Positions 27,387-41,114 of a DNA stretch of 64,000 bases are shown piece by piece. Source of the DNA: Lama guanicoe (lineage: Eukaryota). A program made the translations under genes and the position numbers. A model generated the notes under the pieces. The model did no database searches. It saw only the letters and a list, made by a program, of their open reading frames with translations, and had not been told where the DNA came from. Where the stretch lies: NCBI GenBank assembly GCA_013239625.1, contig MU053881.1, positions 7,649,957 through 7,713,956 on the forward strand. Direction: 5' to 3'. Within the stretch, counting starts at the first letter, position 1. Each line of letters starts with the position of its first letter.

Positions 27387-27879
27387 TTAGACCCAGACTT
27401 CAATCTACTCCTGGGCTAGGATAACCTACGGATTTTTTTTTTCCTCTCTAGGATGAGAACTTTCCTGTAAGGCCCCCGTGGTTCCTCTGCTGCACCCCTG
27501 GTTTGCCTCCTTCTCGTCTGAGTCCTGCAGCTCCCAGAGTCTGTTCCACACCCTCACTCCATCCTGGAGAACCTGCATGGCCAGAAGGTGGGAGGGAATG
27601 GAAGGCAGGGAGCTGTGGTCCAATGCATGTGGTCCATCTTCCCTGGCTGGGCTCCCACTTGTACCCTGAGGCTCTCGCAGGCAGGCCAACTCCTAAAGAC
27701 TAAGAAGGAGGCTGGGCTCAAGAACTTGTGGGTCCAGATCTTCACAGAGGAGGGACAGCTTCCAGGAAAGGGACTCCCCGTGAACAGCTGTGTGGGAGAG
27801 GGAATGTGTGTGGTATGCTTATGTTGCATTTGTCTAAATATTGTTTCCATAAGGTCAGAGACCTTACCCTTTGTTCTGA

Positions 27880-28385
27880 CTATCCATGAACACATAACAA
27901 ACCACCCCTAAATTTAAGTGGCTTTGAGTAATTTATGAGTATCTCTCACAGTCCTTGTGTTGGCTCGGCTCATCCAGTGGTCCTTACTTGGACTTCTCAC
28001 ACGTGATTATAGTCAGATGGTGGCTGGGGCTACAGTCATCCGAAGGCCCAACTGGCCTGGTTGTCCGGGACAGTTCACTCCCTAGGGTCGCATTTATTGT
28101 TGACTCTCTGCTTAGAGCTCAGCGGAGACTGAGCCTACACCTGGCCTCTCCGTGTGGCTTGGGCTTCTTAAAGCGTGGCAGCTGGCTCCTGAGAGGGAGC
28201 ATCTGAAGAGGAAACTGCAGAGCTTTTTGTGATACTCAGAAACTCCAGATTTCAGTTGGTTAAAACAAATGCACCAAGGCTAGCCCAGATTCACGACGAG
28301 GGGAATTCGGTGTCTCCTCTTGATGGGAAGAGTAGCGTGCACACAGGGAGGACAGGGACTGATGGTTGCCATCTTTTGCTGTTCA
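27880..28385 (-). mobile_element. MLT1F-like MaLR LTR
   Basis: cataacaaaccacccctaaatttaagtggc...cagatggtggctggggctacagtcatccgaagg...ctcctcttgatgggaagagtagc. Confidence 0.75.
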
Positions 28386-28639
28386 CTGCTCTTTGAGCCC
28401 TTGAATTCTCTCTCCCAACCCCAATACTGCAAACAAGGGAGCCTGGCATAGCTCTGTGCCAAGTAGGTGAGAGGCAGTGTGGAGCAGTGGCTAAGACCAT
28501 AGACGCTTAGAGGCAGGGCACCCGGGTTTGAGCCTGGACCAGCTGTGGATCTTGGGCAAGTTGTTTAATCTGTGTGATCCTCAGTTGGCTCATAAAAGAA
28601 TGATAATATCTATCTCCATGTATGGTTATGGGACTTACT

Positions 28640-28840
28640 TTTTTTAATTAAAAAAATTTTTTGTGACTTTTTGTTTTGAGGGAAGGGAATTATGTTTATT
28701 TATTTACTTTTAATTTTTTTTGTTTTGGGGCAGAGTTAATTATGTTTATTTGTTTATTTTAATGGAGGTACCGGGGATTGAAGCCAGGACCTCATGCGTG
28801 CTAGGCACATACTCTACCACTGAGCTATACCCTCCCCCCT
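28640..28840 (-). mobile_element. vic-1-type SINE inserted into a MIR (about 28470-28890)
   Basis: tggaggtaccggggattgaagccaggacctcatgcgtgctaggcacatactctaccactgagctataccctccccc, preceded by a T-rich tail. Confidence 0.88.
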
Positions 28841-29579
28841 GATTGAGGGATTTAAATATTACCCAGCACAGGGTAAGCATTCAATAATTGTTCACTGTTC
28901 GAAATAAAGGCAAAAAGAGGCCATGCTTTGTTTCTCCCGCACCCCTTGTTTATTCTGGTCTAGCCATCACGGTGAGCTCAGCTCTACAGCTCTACAGTGC
29001 TGCTAATGTTCAGGTTTCCCAAGCAAGAAGGACAGGGAGTCAAGACATTACAGTCAGGAAGTTAAAGTCAAGGTTCTGGGAGTGGGTGCTGCCACAGTGA
29101 CCGTTAGGGGCCTTCAAGAAGGAAGGCATTTGTCCTGGAGAATGAAAGTGAAGGATCAGGGTCTGATGCAGGTAGAGCACGTTGACAGAGGCAGTATGCT
29201 GGAGAGGGTGGGGGAAATTGCTGCCTCTGGCCCAGGGTCCTTCTACTTTCTGAGCCTCAGTTATCTCACAGATCTGGATGGGTGTGGTTGAAATGCCCTG
29301 GAGTTCCTTGTAATCTTGGCCAAGCTCTACCATGTTAGAAATCTCTAGATTTGTCCACTGGGTCACACTCTGGCTTAGGCCGCTGTGATTACTGCTCTTT
29401 TAATTACTACAGATGCCTCTTTACAGGTCCTCCTCTTCTCAGTCTTTGCCCTTTTGGCCTTCTGCAGAGCAATCAGAATGATCTATTTTGTAACATGAAT
29501 CTGATCATGTCGCTCACAGGCTAAAAGCCTTCAGTGCTGATTTTTTCTCCATTTTTCCCTTCTATGCCCTTTTTTGTGC

Positions 29580-29975
29580 CTGGCTGGGGATAGGGGTGCT
29601 CATCTCAAGGGATTCCTTTGGCCTCTGTCTTCTGTTTGGGTTCAGCCAATGAAGGATCCAGCAAGAGACTGAAGGGAAAAAGGCAGGAGAGTTTGAAGAA
29701 TTTATTCCCACTGGAATACAGTTCCATTGTTTGTGACTTTCCGTGACCATAGCTCCTGCAGGGTGGCTCTCTTTCCCAGCTCCAGCTCTCAGTTTCCTCC
29801 CCATTGCTTCTTCAGGCCTAGAAGTGATCATGGCTTCTCGATGTCACTTTGCTTGGGTACCTCAACATCCTTCCTTGGTTCCCTTAACCCCACCCACACT
29901 CGTTGAAAGAATTCCTTCTATAAATTATCCCCAACATTTCATTTAACTGTGGTCAAGGAAACCAGCAGTTTCCTC
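29580..29975. mobile_element. LTR16-family ERVL LTR nested in an L2 (about 29340-30400)
   Basis: gggttcagccaatgaaggatccagcaagagactgaaggg...tttattccc...ttggttcccttaaccccacccacac. Confidence 0.7.
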
Positions 29976-30411
29976 CTGAGGTCTTAATGACTATGCCTCC
30001 AGTTGGTCTCAGGATGGAGCCCAAGCTCCTCTTCATATGGCCTCCACAGCCCTGCTGGATTTGGATCCCCCTCCCCGCCTCTCAACCCCATTATGCTGTT
30101 TCTGTCTCTCTCTCTCTCTCTCTGCATCTGGTGCCCAGGCCTTAACTTGGTTCTTGTAATGCTCATTAACACCTCCTAGCCTTTGAATGTGCCTTTATAT
30201 CTTCCTGGAAACCTCATCCTCCTTCCTCCTCTTCCTTTGCAGAGTCAATTCCACTTTACCCTCAGCTCAAATGCTGCTTTCTTAGGGAAATCGCATGATT
30301 CACTAGATTAGACAATATGTTAGTCCTTAAATTTCCTTCATACCTCCTGTTTCAGTTTATGCAATAATTTGATCAATCTGTCTCCCCTACTAGACTTTAA
30401 GAGGCAGAAGA

Positions 30412-30780
30412 TTGAACTCATAGACACAGAAAGTAGCAAAGTGGTTCCCAGGCGCTAGTGAAGGAAACAGAATTGATAAAAGGGTACAAACTTTTACATA
30501 TAAGATGGATAAGAATCTGAAGATCTAATGTATAACATGGTGACTGTAGATGATAACACAGTGTCATATAATTGAAATTTACTAAGAGAGTAGAACTTGA
30601 GTGTTCTCACCGGCTCCAAGAAAGGTGGGGGATAAATAAGTGAGGTGATGACTGTGTTAATTAACTCAATGGGGAAAGTCCTTTCACAATGTTTATGTAT
30701 ATCATATCATCACATTGGCGATTTTAAATATCTTCCAATTGTGTTTTCTATACGTCAGTAAAGCTGGAGGGCATAAAAAA
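30412..30780 (+). mobile_element. L1 3' end (L1MA9-like)
   Basis: gaactcatagacacagaaagtag...aaagggtacaaactt...gatctaatgtataacatggtgactgtag...gtaaagctggagg and an A-tail. Confidence 0.8.
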
Positions 30781-32434
30781 CAGGCAGGGAGCAGACACTG
30801 TGTCAATTTTGGCTTACCTTTGTAGCCTCAACATCTAGCCATGGCAGACCCTCCATAAAGAATTTTTGAAGCAATACATATAATCCAAAATCCCAAATCT
30901 TACTGCTGCAGGTTAAGAAAAAAAAATGGGTTGGTGTTTTCAAGGTCATTGTAAGAAATTAGAGGCTGTGATACAAGCTTGAGTCATCAGCTTTCATACA
31001 ACTTAAATTGCTCCTCTGCACCTTCAATTCCTTTTGGATATTTTTAGAAACCCTGGGTCTAAACAAAGCTGTGGAGGGAAAATTCATAAACCCACCCCCC
31101 ACCACATGTGTGGTGTGCAGCAGAGCAAAAAACCAATCAGAAATGCACTCGGTGAAGGAGAAAACAGCAGAACGTGAGTCCCTGGGCAAAGCATCTTGGA
31201 GAGGCCAGCCCAACAGCTGTTTGCATTAAAAATGATTGCTTTATATTTACGGCAGACGAGCAACAATAAGGAGTTTATAGCCTATAATCTAACACAAATG
31301 ACTTGGGAAAATATTCTTAATAGATAGTTCAGTTGAGCGTCCCGGGGTGTTGGGAAACCCAGCAGGGAACACTCAGAATTGGCCTTCGTCGATCTGACAA
31401 ATCCTCACTGACTGGCTGCATGTTAAAACATTTCTCTGCACAATTTTATGTTCTTCCACTTAAGGAGATGCTGCAAAAGACGCAGCAAACTCTGAGGGAA
31501 CAGACCCTCACCAGATACTCAGCCCCCAGAGTTCCCACTGGGTTCTTAGAAACCACGCCCTCCTCCCTGGGCTGCATCAAGCCAGGGAAAATGAAGCGTG
31601 ACCTTGTGGAATATCAGTTTCTGGCTCTCTTCCCTCCTAATTGTGGGGATGTTATCATGGCAGAAGAAAAAAGTATCGTTTTCCACACTCCATTCTGGAA
31701 AACGATATCCATCTGTGGGAATGCTGAGCCGGCATGATTGCTGTGGCCAGGCGTGGCATCAGACGGACAGACTGGGTGAGATTTTGGTTTCTGTGAGGGA
31801 TCAGCTGGAAAAAAGGAAGTCGGTTCTTGGGAATTCGTGTTCTCAGTGCCCTTTCTTCAACCCTCTTCCCAATGCCTGGGGCTTTCTTGCTGCTCAGTGA
31901 TGCCCATTTGAGCCTGCAACACCATCTTATGTTGATGATTCCTTTACTGTACACATGTATCCCTAACTGGATTGCATATATACTTCTTAAGAGCAGATCA
32001 GTGCCTTAGACCTCTGTGTCTCCCTTAGACCGCACTAGGACAATTCTTTCCAGTGGAAAGCAACTACTAGAAAGAGCACTGCCTCTCACCCCTGACCATA
32101 GCTAATAAATACCTTGTGTCTCTGCTTTCACTAATTCCCCAATCCTTGTGACATTGGTCTGACCCATGCCCCCATCTCTCTTTGTCCTTAATAGTTAAGA
32201 ACTTTAGATCCATCATCAAGGATTTAGAGGCCAGCCTTCTAGCTGTCTCACAGTGGTGTGATCTTGGGGAGGTATTAACCGCCAGGAGCCTCAGTATTCC
32301 TGCCTGTAGAATGTGGATATGACTGATACCTACTTCTCAGGGGTGTGGTAGAGACTGAGCATGACGTGTGCCGTGTGTTAATGTTGTTTGCACAGTACCT
32401 GTATTGAGTCAGTGTTTAATCAGCGTTAGCTTCT

Positions 32435-32775
32435 TGCAACAGTTTGAATGTGTCTGCCCCCTAAAATTTCATATGTTGAAACCCTAATGCCCAATGTGCA
32501 GTATTAGGAGTTGGGACCCTCGGGAGGACCTAATCATGAATGGGATTAATGCTTTTATAAAAGAGATTCCACAGAGCTCCCTTGCCCATTTCACCATGTG
32601 AGGACACAGCAAGAGAGTGACCGTGATGAACCAGGAAGAGGGCCCTAACCAGGATGTAACCATGCTGGCGCCTTGATCTTGGACGTCCCAGCCTCCAGAA
32701 CTGTGAGAAAAAACTTCTGTTTATACACTACCCAATCTGTGGTACTTTGTTACAGCCGCAGCATGGACTATGACA
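32435..32775 (+). mobile_element. MLT1A-type solo LTR with intact TSD
   Basis: TG...CA termini (tgcaacagtttgaatg ... ggactatgaca). Perfect 5-bp TSD cttct at 32430-32434 and 32776-32780. Confidence 0.9.
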
Positions 32776-33386
32776 CTTCTCTTCCTCTTTTATCTTCTTT
32801 TTATGAGGGTAATCTCATCTAGGTCTACGAATGTTTACAGAATGCAAAAATTGTCAATGCTCTCTACTAGAAAGGATTGTCCTAATGAGGTCCAAGAGAG
32901 AGAGAGAGAGGTCTGAGACTTGGACCTGACCCTGAAGACCACACAGTCCAGTTAGTGATAAATGTATACAATACAGGACCGAACACTAAAAGACAGTAAG
33001 CTCTAAGGTCAAGCTTCATGGACTTGGGAGATCTTATCTGAGAAGCAGGGCCTTCAAGCTTTCAGAAAGATTAGCAGGAAGAGGATAAGTATTCTGGATT
33101 AGAAAATGACTTGACATGAGTAAAGATCTTTAGGTAAGAAGTAGAATAGCAAGTTCAAAGGACAACAAATAGACCATGTGACTAAAATGTCCTGTATGTG
33201 TTTGGAGATTACCAGAACACATGGCTAGAAGAAATCTTTGCTCCAGGAACCATAGCCCTATGCGTGTTTTTATACATGAACTAGAGGCTATTCAGAATCA
33301 CAGAATAAGCATATCTCTTCCTAGAGCTCCAACTTACTTGGAAATTAAATTTCAAATACATCACTTGTTCATTAAAATAAATCCAG

Positions 33387-33536
33387 GAGGGGAGGGTATA
33401 GCTCAAGTGGTAGAGCACATGCTTAGCATACACAAGGTCTTGGGTTCAATCCCCAGTACCTCCTCTAAAAATAAAATTAACAAGTAAACCTAATTACTCC
33501 CCACCAAAGAATTTAAAAAATAATTTAAAAATTAAA
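33387..33536 (+). mobile_element. vic-1-type SINE with TSD
   Basis: ggggagggtatagctcaagtggtagagcacatgcttagcatacacaaggtcttgggttcaatccccagtacctcc. 13-bp TSD aaaataaatccag at 33374-33386 and 33537-33549. Confidence 0.92.
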
Positions 33537-34449
33537 AAAATAAATCCAGATATAATGTAGAATAGACTGAAAAATTCAAATGAAAACCTATGATAAGCAA
33601 TGAGAATTTACAAACACTTTACATTTTAGTAGGCTGCTGGAAGCTGCGCTGCAGACATGGAAAATCTCCACTTGGTGGCCTAAGTTTGAGATTCACAACT
33701 AAACCAGAGAAGTGTTCCTGGTAACTGAAATTGCATGGGACCAAGAAGGTAAGAGGAAAGGAAAAATGGTAACATGTTGGATACCAAATCCCTTTTTCTA
33801 ATTTTGTCTATAGAAAGAGTGAGGTTTCAAGGGATGGCAGCTCTTGCCTAGGGTACGCAGCTGAGGCTCTCCGGTGCTCTTTAAATAACAACCAAGAGAG
33901 AGTTCTTATGTGGGGTAGCTCTAATATAAATTGTTCTCCTGCTTCTGTGATACTCTCTCAAAATTAAATCTTACAAGTTGTGGTAGAAACCTTGTGCAAT
34001 GGTTTTGATAGCTTGTAAGTTTTCCATGTCAGATAAAGAGCTTCCTATTCAGTTGTGCACCATTCCTAGTCAGTGGAAGGCTTGTAGGAAATCTTTCCTG
34101 AGCTGCTAGTGAGTTGTTGCCCAAATTATGATTTTTTTTTAAGATCTCTAGCTTTCAATCTGTCACTCTGATGGCATTAAATAAAGTAGCTCTAGGAGTC
34201 TAGGGTGACCAGCGCACTCCAGGTCCTGCTGGCAGCCAGGAGTCCCAGAGACACAAGTTGGTGAGAAATATCAATTCAGCTTCAAGAGAAGTATCTACAT
34301 GGATCCCAGAGGAACATGGAAATGTCACCTACTCCTATCGTGTCCACAACACACTGCAGCAAGGTGGAAAAGCATGAACAATACATTTTATAGCAAATAG
34401 ACTCCAGAAATCTCAACCAAGTAGGATTTTCTTAGGACTCTAAGGAAGG

Positions 34450-35310
34450 TTTCCAAGCCACAAGCTGGAAAAAAATACTTACAATTCACAGAGCTGACAA
34501 AGGATTACATCCAGAAAATGTAGAACTTCCTCATAAATCAATAAAGGAAAGACTAAACCTCAGTAGAAAAATGGATAATTCACAGAAGAAACCTGAAAAG
34601 CCAATAATCTTGGGGAAAAAAAAAGGTCAACCTCATGGTAATCTTGTAACTGTAAATTAAAACCACAATGAGATAACACTTTATATCTACCATATGGAAA
34701 AACGTAAAAGCTCTAAGAAAACCAAATTTTGACTTACATATTGAAAACCCAACATCATATTTTCTATCAAAATGCTTATGACTATAAATTGGCATAACCA
34801 CTTAATAAGAGTAGTTTATCTATGCTTAATAAAGTTAAAGATATCCAAATCCTATGGCCCAATAATTCCATAACAGGTATAGAGCCCAAATACACTTCCA
34901 CAAAACTATACAAAGAATATGCATGAAGCAGTAATTGTAAGTGAAGAATTGGAAACAACCTAAATTTTTCCCCAGTAATAAAAAAATGGGAAAATGTTGA
35001 GTTTTTGTTTACAGGGGAATATTATATACCAATTAAAATGAGTAAACTGTTCATATATATATATATTTATCAGCATGTTTAAATCTTGAAAATGTGTTTA
35101 CTAGAAAGAACAAGAATACAGTAACAACAAAATGATAGAATAACCACAATATGATGCCATTAGAATAAAATTTAAACCCTAGATCAATACTGTATACTAT
35201 TGTTAAACATGGCAAAAGTATAGATACATGAATGGGAAGGATACAAGCCATCTTCAGAATACCAGTTACCTCTTGGGAAGAGAGTTGGGAAATGAGATTG
35301 GGAAGGGGGC
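34450..35310 (+). mobile_element. Old L1 (L1ME-type) ORF2 end and 3' UTR
   Basis: ctgacaaaggattacatccagaa...taaaaccacaatgagataac...ttggaaacaacctaaat. Confidence 0.7.
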
Positions 35311-35699
35311 AAGAAAGGCTTTAACTGAATACTCTATGGCTCAGAGCAGTCAGAAATCTCCCATGAGAAATAAAATCCCAAAGCCTGTGCTTGGGTGAGG
35401 GGAGTCTAAATTTATACTGCTTACATGACATAAAAATCTCCAACTGAGAAACTGATGTTTTAAAAAAACACAGTCCTGTATTAATCAATCCCCTTTCATA
35501 ACTTGGGGTGCACATGACTGACTGGCACACTCATAAATCCCTACTGATGATCAGCTCACAAACAAAAATTACAAAACATACAAGAAAGTAGATAGTAGAG
35601 CATGATGAGGGAGAGTCAGTGGGCACTACTAACTGGAGAACAAGCCTTCCAGGACCTGATGTTATAGAACATTCCTAAAGAAACTAAATGATAAGAAGT

Positions 35700-36395
35700 C
35701 CCCATTCCCATTGAAGTGGGCCCTCACAGCATCTACAAAGTGCTATTTCAGAACTCCTATGGAACGATGACTGGTGTACGTCTCCTTTTCCTTCCTTTCT
35801 GAAAGAATGTGTTCACTGAGATTATCCTGCTGGTGTTCTACCACCATGTTGGAAAAGGGGAAGATATTTATCTTTTTGGTTCACAGGCCTCAAGAGACAA
35901 AGAGGAATGGTGTCTGGATCTGATGGGGTTTGAACTGGATGAAATGACTGGATGGGACTTTGACTTGCTTCCATTGGGGGACGAGAGAGCTGGAATATGC
36001 TCTATAACTGAGAAGAAGAGAGAAAAATAATATATGGTGATAAAAAAGCAGAGACATTTACTGCTCACCAAACATTCATGTGCTCCCCTACATTTTCCAG
36101 GCCACTTGCAGTTAGTCAGGACCAATAGACTATTTCTAGGCAAAGGACTCTAAGTGGAAGTGACACAGGTCCCTTCTGGACAGAAGCACAGAAGAGAAGG
36201 CGTTGAGATCTCCTGCTCTTCCTTTTTGTTCCCCAGTGACAGTGGCAGCTGCATCTTGAGATGGTTTAGCCACTAGATGGAAACAGCTGGATTGCTGGAT
36301 CACTGCTTGGAAGGCAGCTGCAGACTTTGCATGAGAGAAAAATAAGCTTTTATGTGATAAGCCAAAACTCATGTGTGTCACTCTTATGTACAGAT
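35700..36395 (+). mobile_element. MaLR internal 3' segment plus MLT1J-like LTR
   Basis: MaLR-int-like ttggttcacaggcctc...gatgggactttg, then LTR-like cattttccaggccacttgcagttag...tttatgtgataagcca. Confidence 0.55.
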
Positions 36396-36408
36396 GCCAC
36401 CCCCCACC

Positions 36409-36410
<2 letters not shown>

Positions 36411-36444
<34 letters not shown>
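36411..36444 (+). repeat. (CA)17 microsatellite
   Basis: Perfect CA run. Confidence 0.97.
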
Positions 36445-36445
<1 letters not shown>

Positions 36446-37067
36446 TGCTCATTGAAAAGATCTCATACAAAAATTAAAACTACACAGAGAGGCAAGCCAC
36501 TATGAGAGGAACAGCAGACATAACCTGGGAATGAATGCCCCAAAAGTCTGAAATAATGGAACTATATAATATCAGCTGTATTAAAAAGCATATTTTGAGT
36601 ATTTGAAGTACTATTTACAGAAATATAGGGTAATATTTGGGAAATTTTTTAAATATTTGAAAAAGAGATTAGCAGATCTTTTAATAATGAAAAGCACTGC
36701 ATTTCAAATTGAAAAGTTAATAAAAGATACACATATCATATATATATATATTTTTTTTACTCATTGTTTATGGCACAAGTGAAGCTGAAATGCAGTGGGA
36801 AATGAAGTGTCTTTCAATAAATTAATTTTTTATCAATTGAGTATTCATATGAGAAAATTGAATTTTGATTTATACTTCACATTATACAAAAATTCTAGAT
36901 GCGTTGCAGAAGATCTAAAATATAAAAGTAAAATTTCTAAATGAAAACATTGAAAAATATTTTAGGCAAAGATTTCTTAAGTAGAATGGCCATAGAATAC
37001 TAACAATAAAAGACAGTTGGACTATGTTAGAATTAAGAACTTCTGTTTGTCAAAAGACACCACTATG

Positions 37068-38401
37068 TGGTGTTGGGAAAGCTGGACAGCTGCATGTAAA
37101 TCAGGGAAGTTAGAACACGCCCTCATACCATACACAAAAATAAACTCAGAGTGGCTTAAATATGACATGACACCATAAAACTCCTAGAAGAGAACATAGA
37201 CAAAACATTCTCCAGTATAAATCATAGCAATTTTTTTTAGTTAAATCTCCCAAGGCAATAGAAATAAAAGCGAAAATAAACAAATGGGACCTAATCAAAC
37301 GTATCAGCTTTTGCACAGCAAAGGAAACCATAAACAATATGAAAAGACAACCTACAGAATGGGAGAAAATATTTGTAAATGATGCGACTGACAAGGGCTT
37401 AATTTCCAAAATATACAAATAGCTCATACAACTCAATAACAAAAATAAAGAACTCAATTCAAAAATGGACAGAAGGCCTAAATAGTCATTTCTCCAGAGA
37501 AGAAATACAGATGGCCAACAGGCACATGAAAAATATACTCAACATTACTAATTATTTGAGAAATGCAAATCAGAACTACATCGAGGTATCACCTCTCACC
37601 AGTCAGAATGGCTATCATTAAAAAGTACACAAATAATAAATTCTGAAGAGGGAGTGGAGAAAAGGGAACCCTCCTACACAGTTGGTGGGAGTGCAAATTG
37701 GTACAGCCCCTATGGAAAACAGTGTGGAGGTTCCTTAAAAAACTAAAAATAGAGTTACCATATGATCCAGCAATCCCACTCCTGGGCATATATCCAGAGG
37801 AAACTCTAATTTGAAAAGATACATGCACCCCAATGTTCATAGCAGCACTATTTAAAATAGCCAAGATGTGGAAGCAACCTATATGTCTGCTGACAGATGA
37901 ATGGGTAAAGAAGATGTGGTATATATATAATGGAATACTACTCAGCCATTAAAAAGAATAAAATAATGCCATTTGCAGCAACATGGATGGACCTAGAGAT
38001 TATCATACTAAGTGAAGAAAGTCAGAAAGAAAAAGGCAAATACAGTATGATATCACTTATATGTGGAATCTAAAATATGACACAAATGAACTTACTTACA
38101 AAACAGAAGCAGACTCACAGACATAGAAAACAAATGATGGTTACCAAAGGGGAAAGAGGGTGGGAGATGGATAAATAGGGAGTTTGGGATTAACAGTTAC
38201 AGATAACTACATATAAAACAGATAAACAACAAGATCCTACTGTATAGCATAAGGAACTATATTCAATATCCTATAACAAACCATAATGGAAAAGAAAATG
38301 AAAAAGAATATATATTATAAGACGTTATATCAATTTGCTGTACACCACAACCTAATACAACATTATGAATCAGCTATACTTCAATAAAAACTTTTTTTTT
38401 A
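37068..38401 (+). mobile_element. Younger 5'-truncated L1 (artiodactyl/camelid type) with 16-bp TSD
   Basis: ORF2 C-terminal region and 3' UTR (aaagggaaccctcctacac, tatgatccagcaatcccactcctgggcatat). Perfect TSD aaaagacaccactatg at 37052-37067 and 38402-38417. Confidence 0.93.
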
Positions 38402-38817
38402 AAAAGACACCACTATGAAAGCAAAGAAGCAAGCCACAGAGTGAGAGAAGATATGTATAGTATGTGCACCTGACAAAGTATTGCTATCCAGAATACCTAA
38501 GGAACTCCTGTAGATTAGCAATAAAGACATACACCCAATAGAAAGATGGGCAAATAAGCACTTGAGAAACGAAGCTTTTCAAAAGGCAGTTAGCACTGAA
38601 AAAGTTGCTCAATGTCATTAGCCATTAAGGAAATACAGGTTAAAACTTGTGAAATACCAGTACAATGCCACCAAAATGAATAAAATGGGAAAAAAAATAT
38701 GCTGGAAAAGATATCAAGCAATTAGATCTTCCCTTCACTGCCATGGGAATGTAAATTAATAGTCATTTTGAAAGACTTACTACACAGTAAAATAAAACTG
38801 GACATTTGCATGCCCTA

Positions 38818-39298
38818 TGTGGTAGCCAAATATGGCTCCTGAAAGATGTCCATGTTCTAATCTCAAGAACCTGTGATTAGGTTACATGGCAAAGAGGAAT
38901 TAAATTTGTAGATGAAATTAATGTTACAAATTGTCTGATCTTAAAATAGGGATATTATCTGGGTGTGCCTAGTGTAATCACAAGGGTCCTTAAAAGTGGA
39001 AGAAGAAATCCTAAGAGAGAACTAGATGAGGGAGCAAGAAGGATTCAAACCAGTTACTGGAGGAAGGCAGGCATGAGCCAAAGAAAGCAGGTGCCCTCTA
39101 GAAGCTGGAAAAGGAAAGGAAATGGATTATTTCCTGGAACCTCCAAAAAGAAAGACAAGCTTGCCAACACCTTCATCTTAGCCTAGTGAGAGTCATGTTG
39201 GACTTCTGATATACAGAACTGTGAGTTACTAAATTTATGTTGTCTTAAGCCACTAAGCTTGTGTCAGTTTTTCATGGCATCAAGAGAAAGCTAATCTA
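38818..39298 (+). mobile_element. MLT1D-like solo LTR
   Basis: tgtggtagcc...aaagatgtccatgttctaatc...gtaatcacaagggtccttaaaagtggaag...ctctagaagctggaaaagg...ttaagccactaag. Confidence 0.85.
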
Positions 39299-40239
39299 AT
39301 TTATGATGCAATAATTCCACTCCTAGATATATACCCAACAGGAAGGAAGAGATATGTACACAAAAAGACATGTACAAGAATGTTCATACAGTCTTATTCA
39401 TGATTGCCTCAACTAGGAAACCACCCACATGTACATAAATAGATCAAGTGTAATGTCTTAATACGTGGGATACTAAACCACAATGAGAAACGAATGCTGC
39501 ACACAACAATATGATGGCTCTCACAAACATAATGTTGAGTAAAAGAAGCCAAAAGATTTGAGATTGAGAACTGCATTTATAGTAAATTCAAGATGAGTAA
39601 AACTAATCTAGGTTTTTAGAATTAGAATTGTGGTTGCCTTGTCAGTGGATCTGGTGACTGAGAAGGGATGTGAAGGGGGTCTGTGGGGTGCTGGCAATTT
39701 CTTGATCTGGGTGGTGGTTTCACAGTGTGTTTGGTTTGTGAAAATTATTTGAGTTGACATTTATGATTTATGCATATTTGTGTATGTATGCTATATTCCA
39801 TTAAGTAGTTTAACGTTAGAAAACAACGAGTTGATTTTAAAACAGATCACACCACTGAGGTGAGAATTAAAAATTGAAAGATTAATCTGAATAAATTCTG
39901 CAGAATGCCACTAGGGGATATTAAGATGTAAAACATAAAAAAGAATGTAAGAATGAGAAGGGTCAAATTTATCTACAATACATGCTACGTAAAGCGAGAA
40001 TAGGTGATGAAACATTTAAAAAGATCATGCTGAAAAATTTCCAGACCTAATACAAGACACGACTCTTCAGATTTGGAAAGCAGAGTAAATAATAATGAAA
40101 ATAAATACATCTCTTGATATATTGTAGTTAAGCCAAGAAATACTATTATCATACAACAATAGAGGATGAAAGGTAGTGGAATAATAATTTCAAAGAGCTG
40201 AATAAAGAACAGCAGTCAGCCTAGATTTTTTTTTTCATT

Positions 40240-41110
40240 CAGATATATTAAGTATATTTTCCATAGGGCAAAATTCTCTTTTTACTTTATGGTTCTGTGA
40301 GATTTGGCAAATGTATACAGCCATGCAATCTCTACTATAGTCAAGATACAGAATGGTTCCATCACACAAAAAAATCCCTTCATGCCCCATTATGGTCAAC
40401 CCTGCTCCCACCCCAGTCCATGGCAACCACTGATCTGTTTTCCATCTGTGTAATTTTCATTTTCCAGAATATAATATAAATGGAATCACACAGAATGTAG
40501 CCTTGGCAGACAGACTAACTTCACTCAGTATAATGTATTTGAGACTTATCTAAATTGTTGTCTGTATCTATAGTTCCTTTCCTACTGCTGAGTAGTATTC
40601 CATTGAATAAAGGCAATACAATTTATTTACCTAGCCACCAGTAGAAAGATATTTGGGTTGTTTTCAGTGTTTGGTACTTATGAATAAAATTGCTATAAAG
40701 ATCCTTATGCAAAGTTTTCTGTGGACATACGCTTTCATTTCTTTGGGATAAATACCTGGAAATGGAAATTCTGGATCATACATGGCAAGTGTATGTTTAA
40801 CTGTATGAGAAAACTAATGGTCTTCTAAACTGGCTGTGCCATTTCACATTCCTATTTGCAACATGGGAGAGTTCTAGTTGCTCCTCACCCTCGCACTTCA
40901 TACTACCCATTTTTTTCCCATTCTAATCTGTGTGTAATGATATTTTGCTGCCATTTTAATTTGTATCCTTTCATGTGCTCTTTTCCCATTGGTATACTTC
41001 TTTGGTTAAGTGTTCAAATCTTTGTTCATTTTAGTTGGGTTTTTGGTTTTCTATTTTAATTAACTGTATTTTGAAGAAAAAATTTTTTATTTAGATGAAC
41101 CTGATTTATA
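40240..41110 (-). mobile_element. Old L1 3' end (L1MB/MC-type)
   Basis: catggcaaccactgatctgttttccatc...ataaatggaatcacacag...ctgctgagtagtattccattg. Confidence 0.8.
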
Positions 41111-41114
41111 ATTT

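Larger units (their letters stand above)
36800..39810 (+). mobile_element. Old L1ME-type host element, split by a younger L1 and an MLT1D
   Basis: Collinear ORF2-end/3' UTR pieces at about 36800-37067, 38402-38817 and 39299-39810. Confidence 0.7.

Noticed and set aside
37146..37864. Hydrophobic minus-strand ORFs (103 and 91 aa)
   Set aside because: Antisense translations of L1 ORF2, a common source of spurious predictions.
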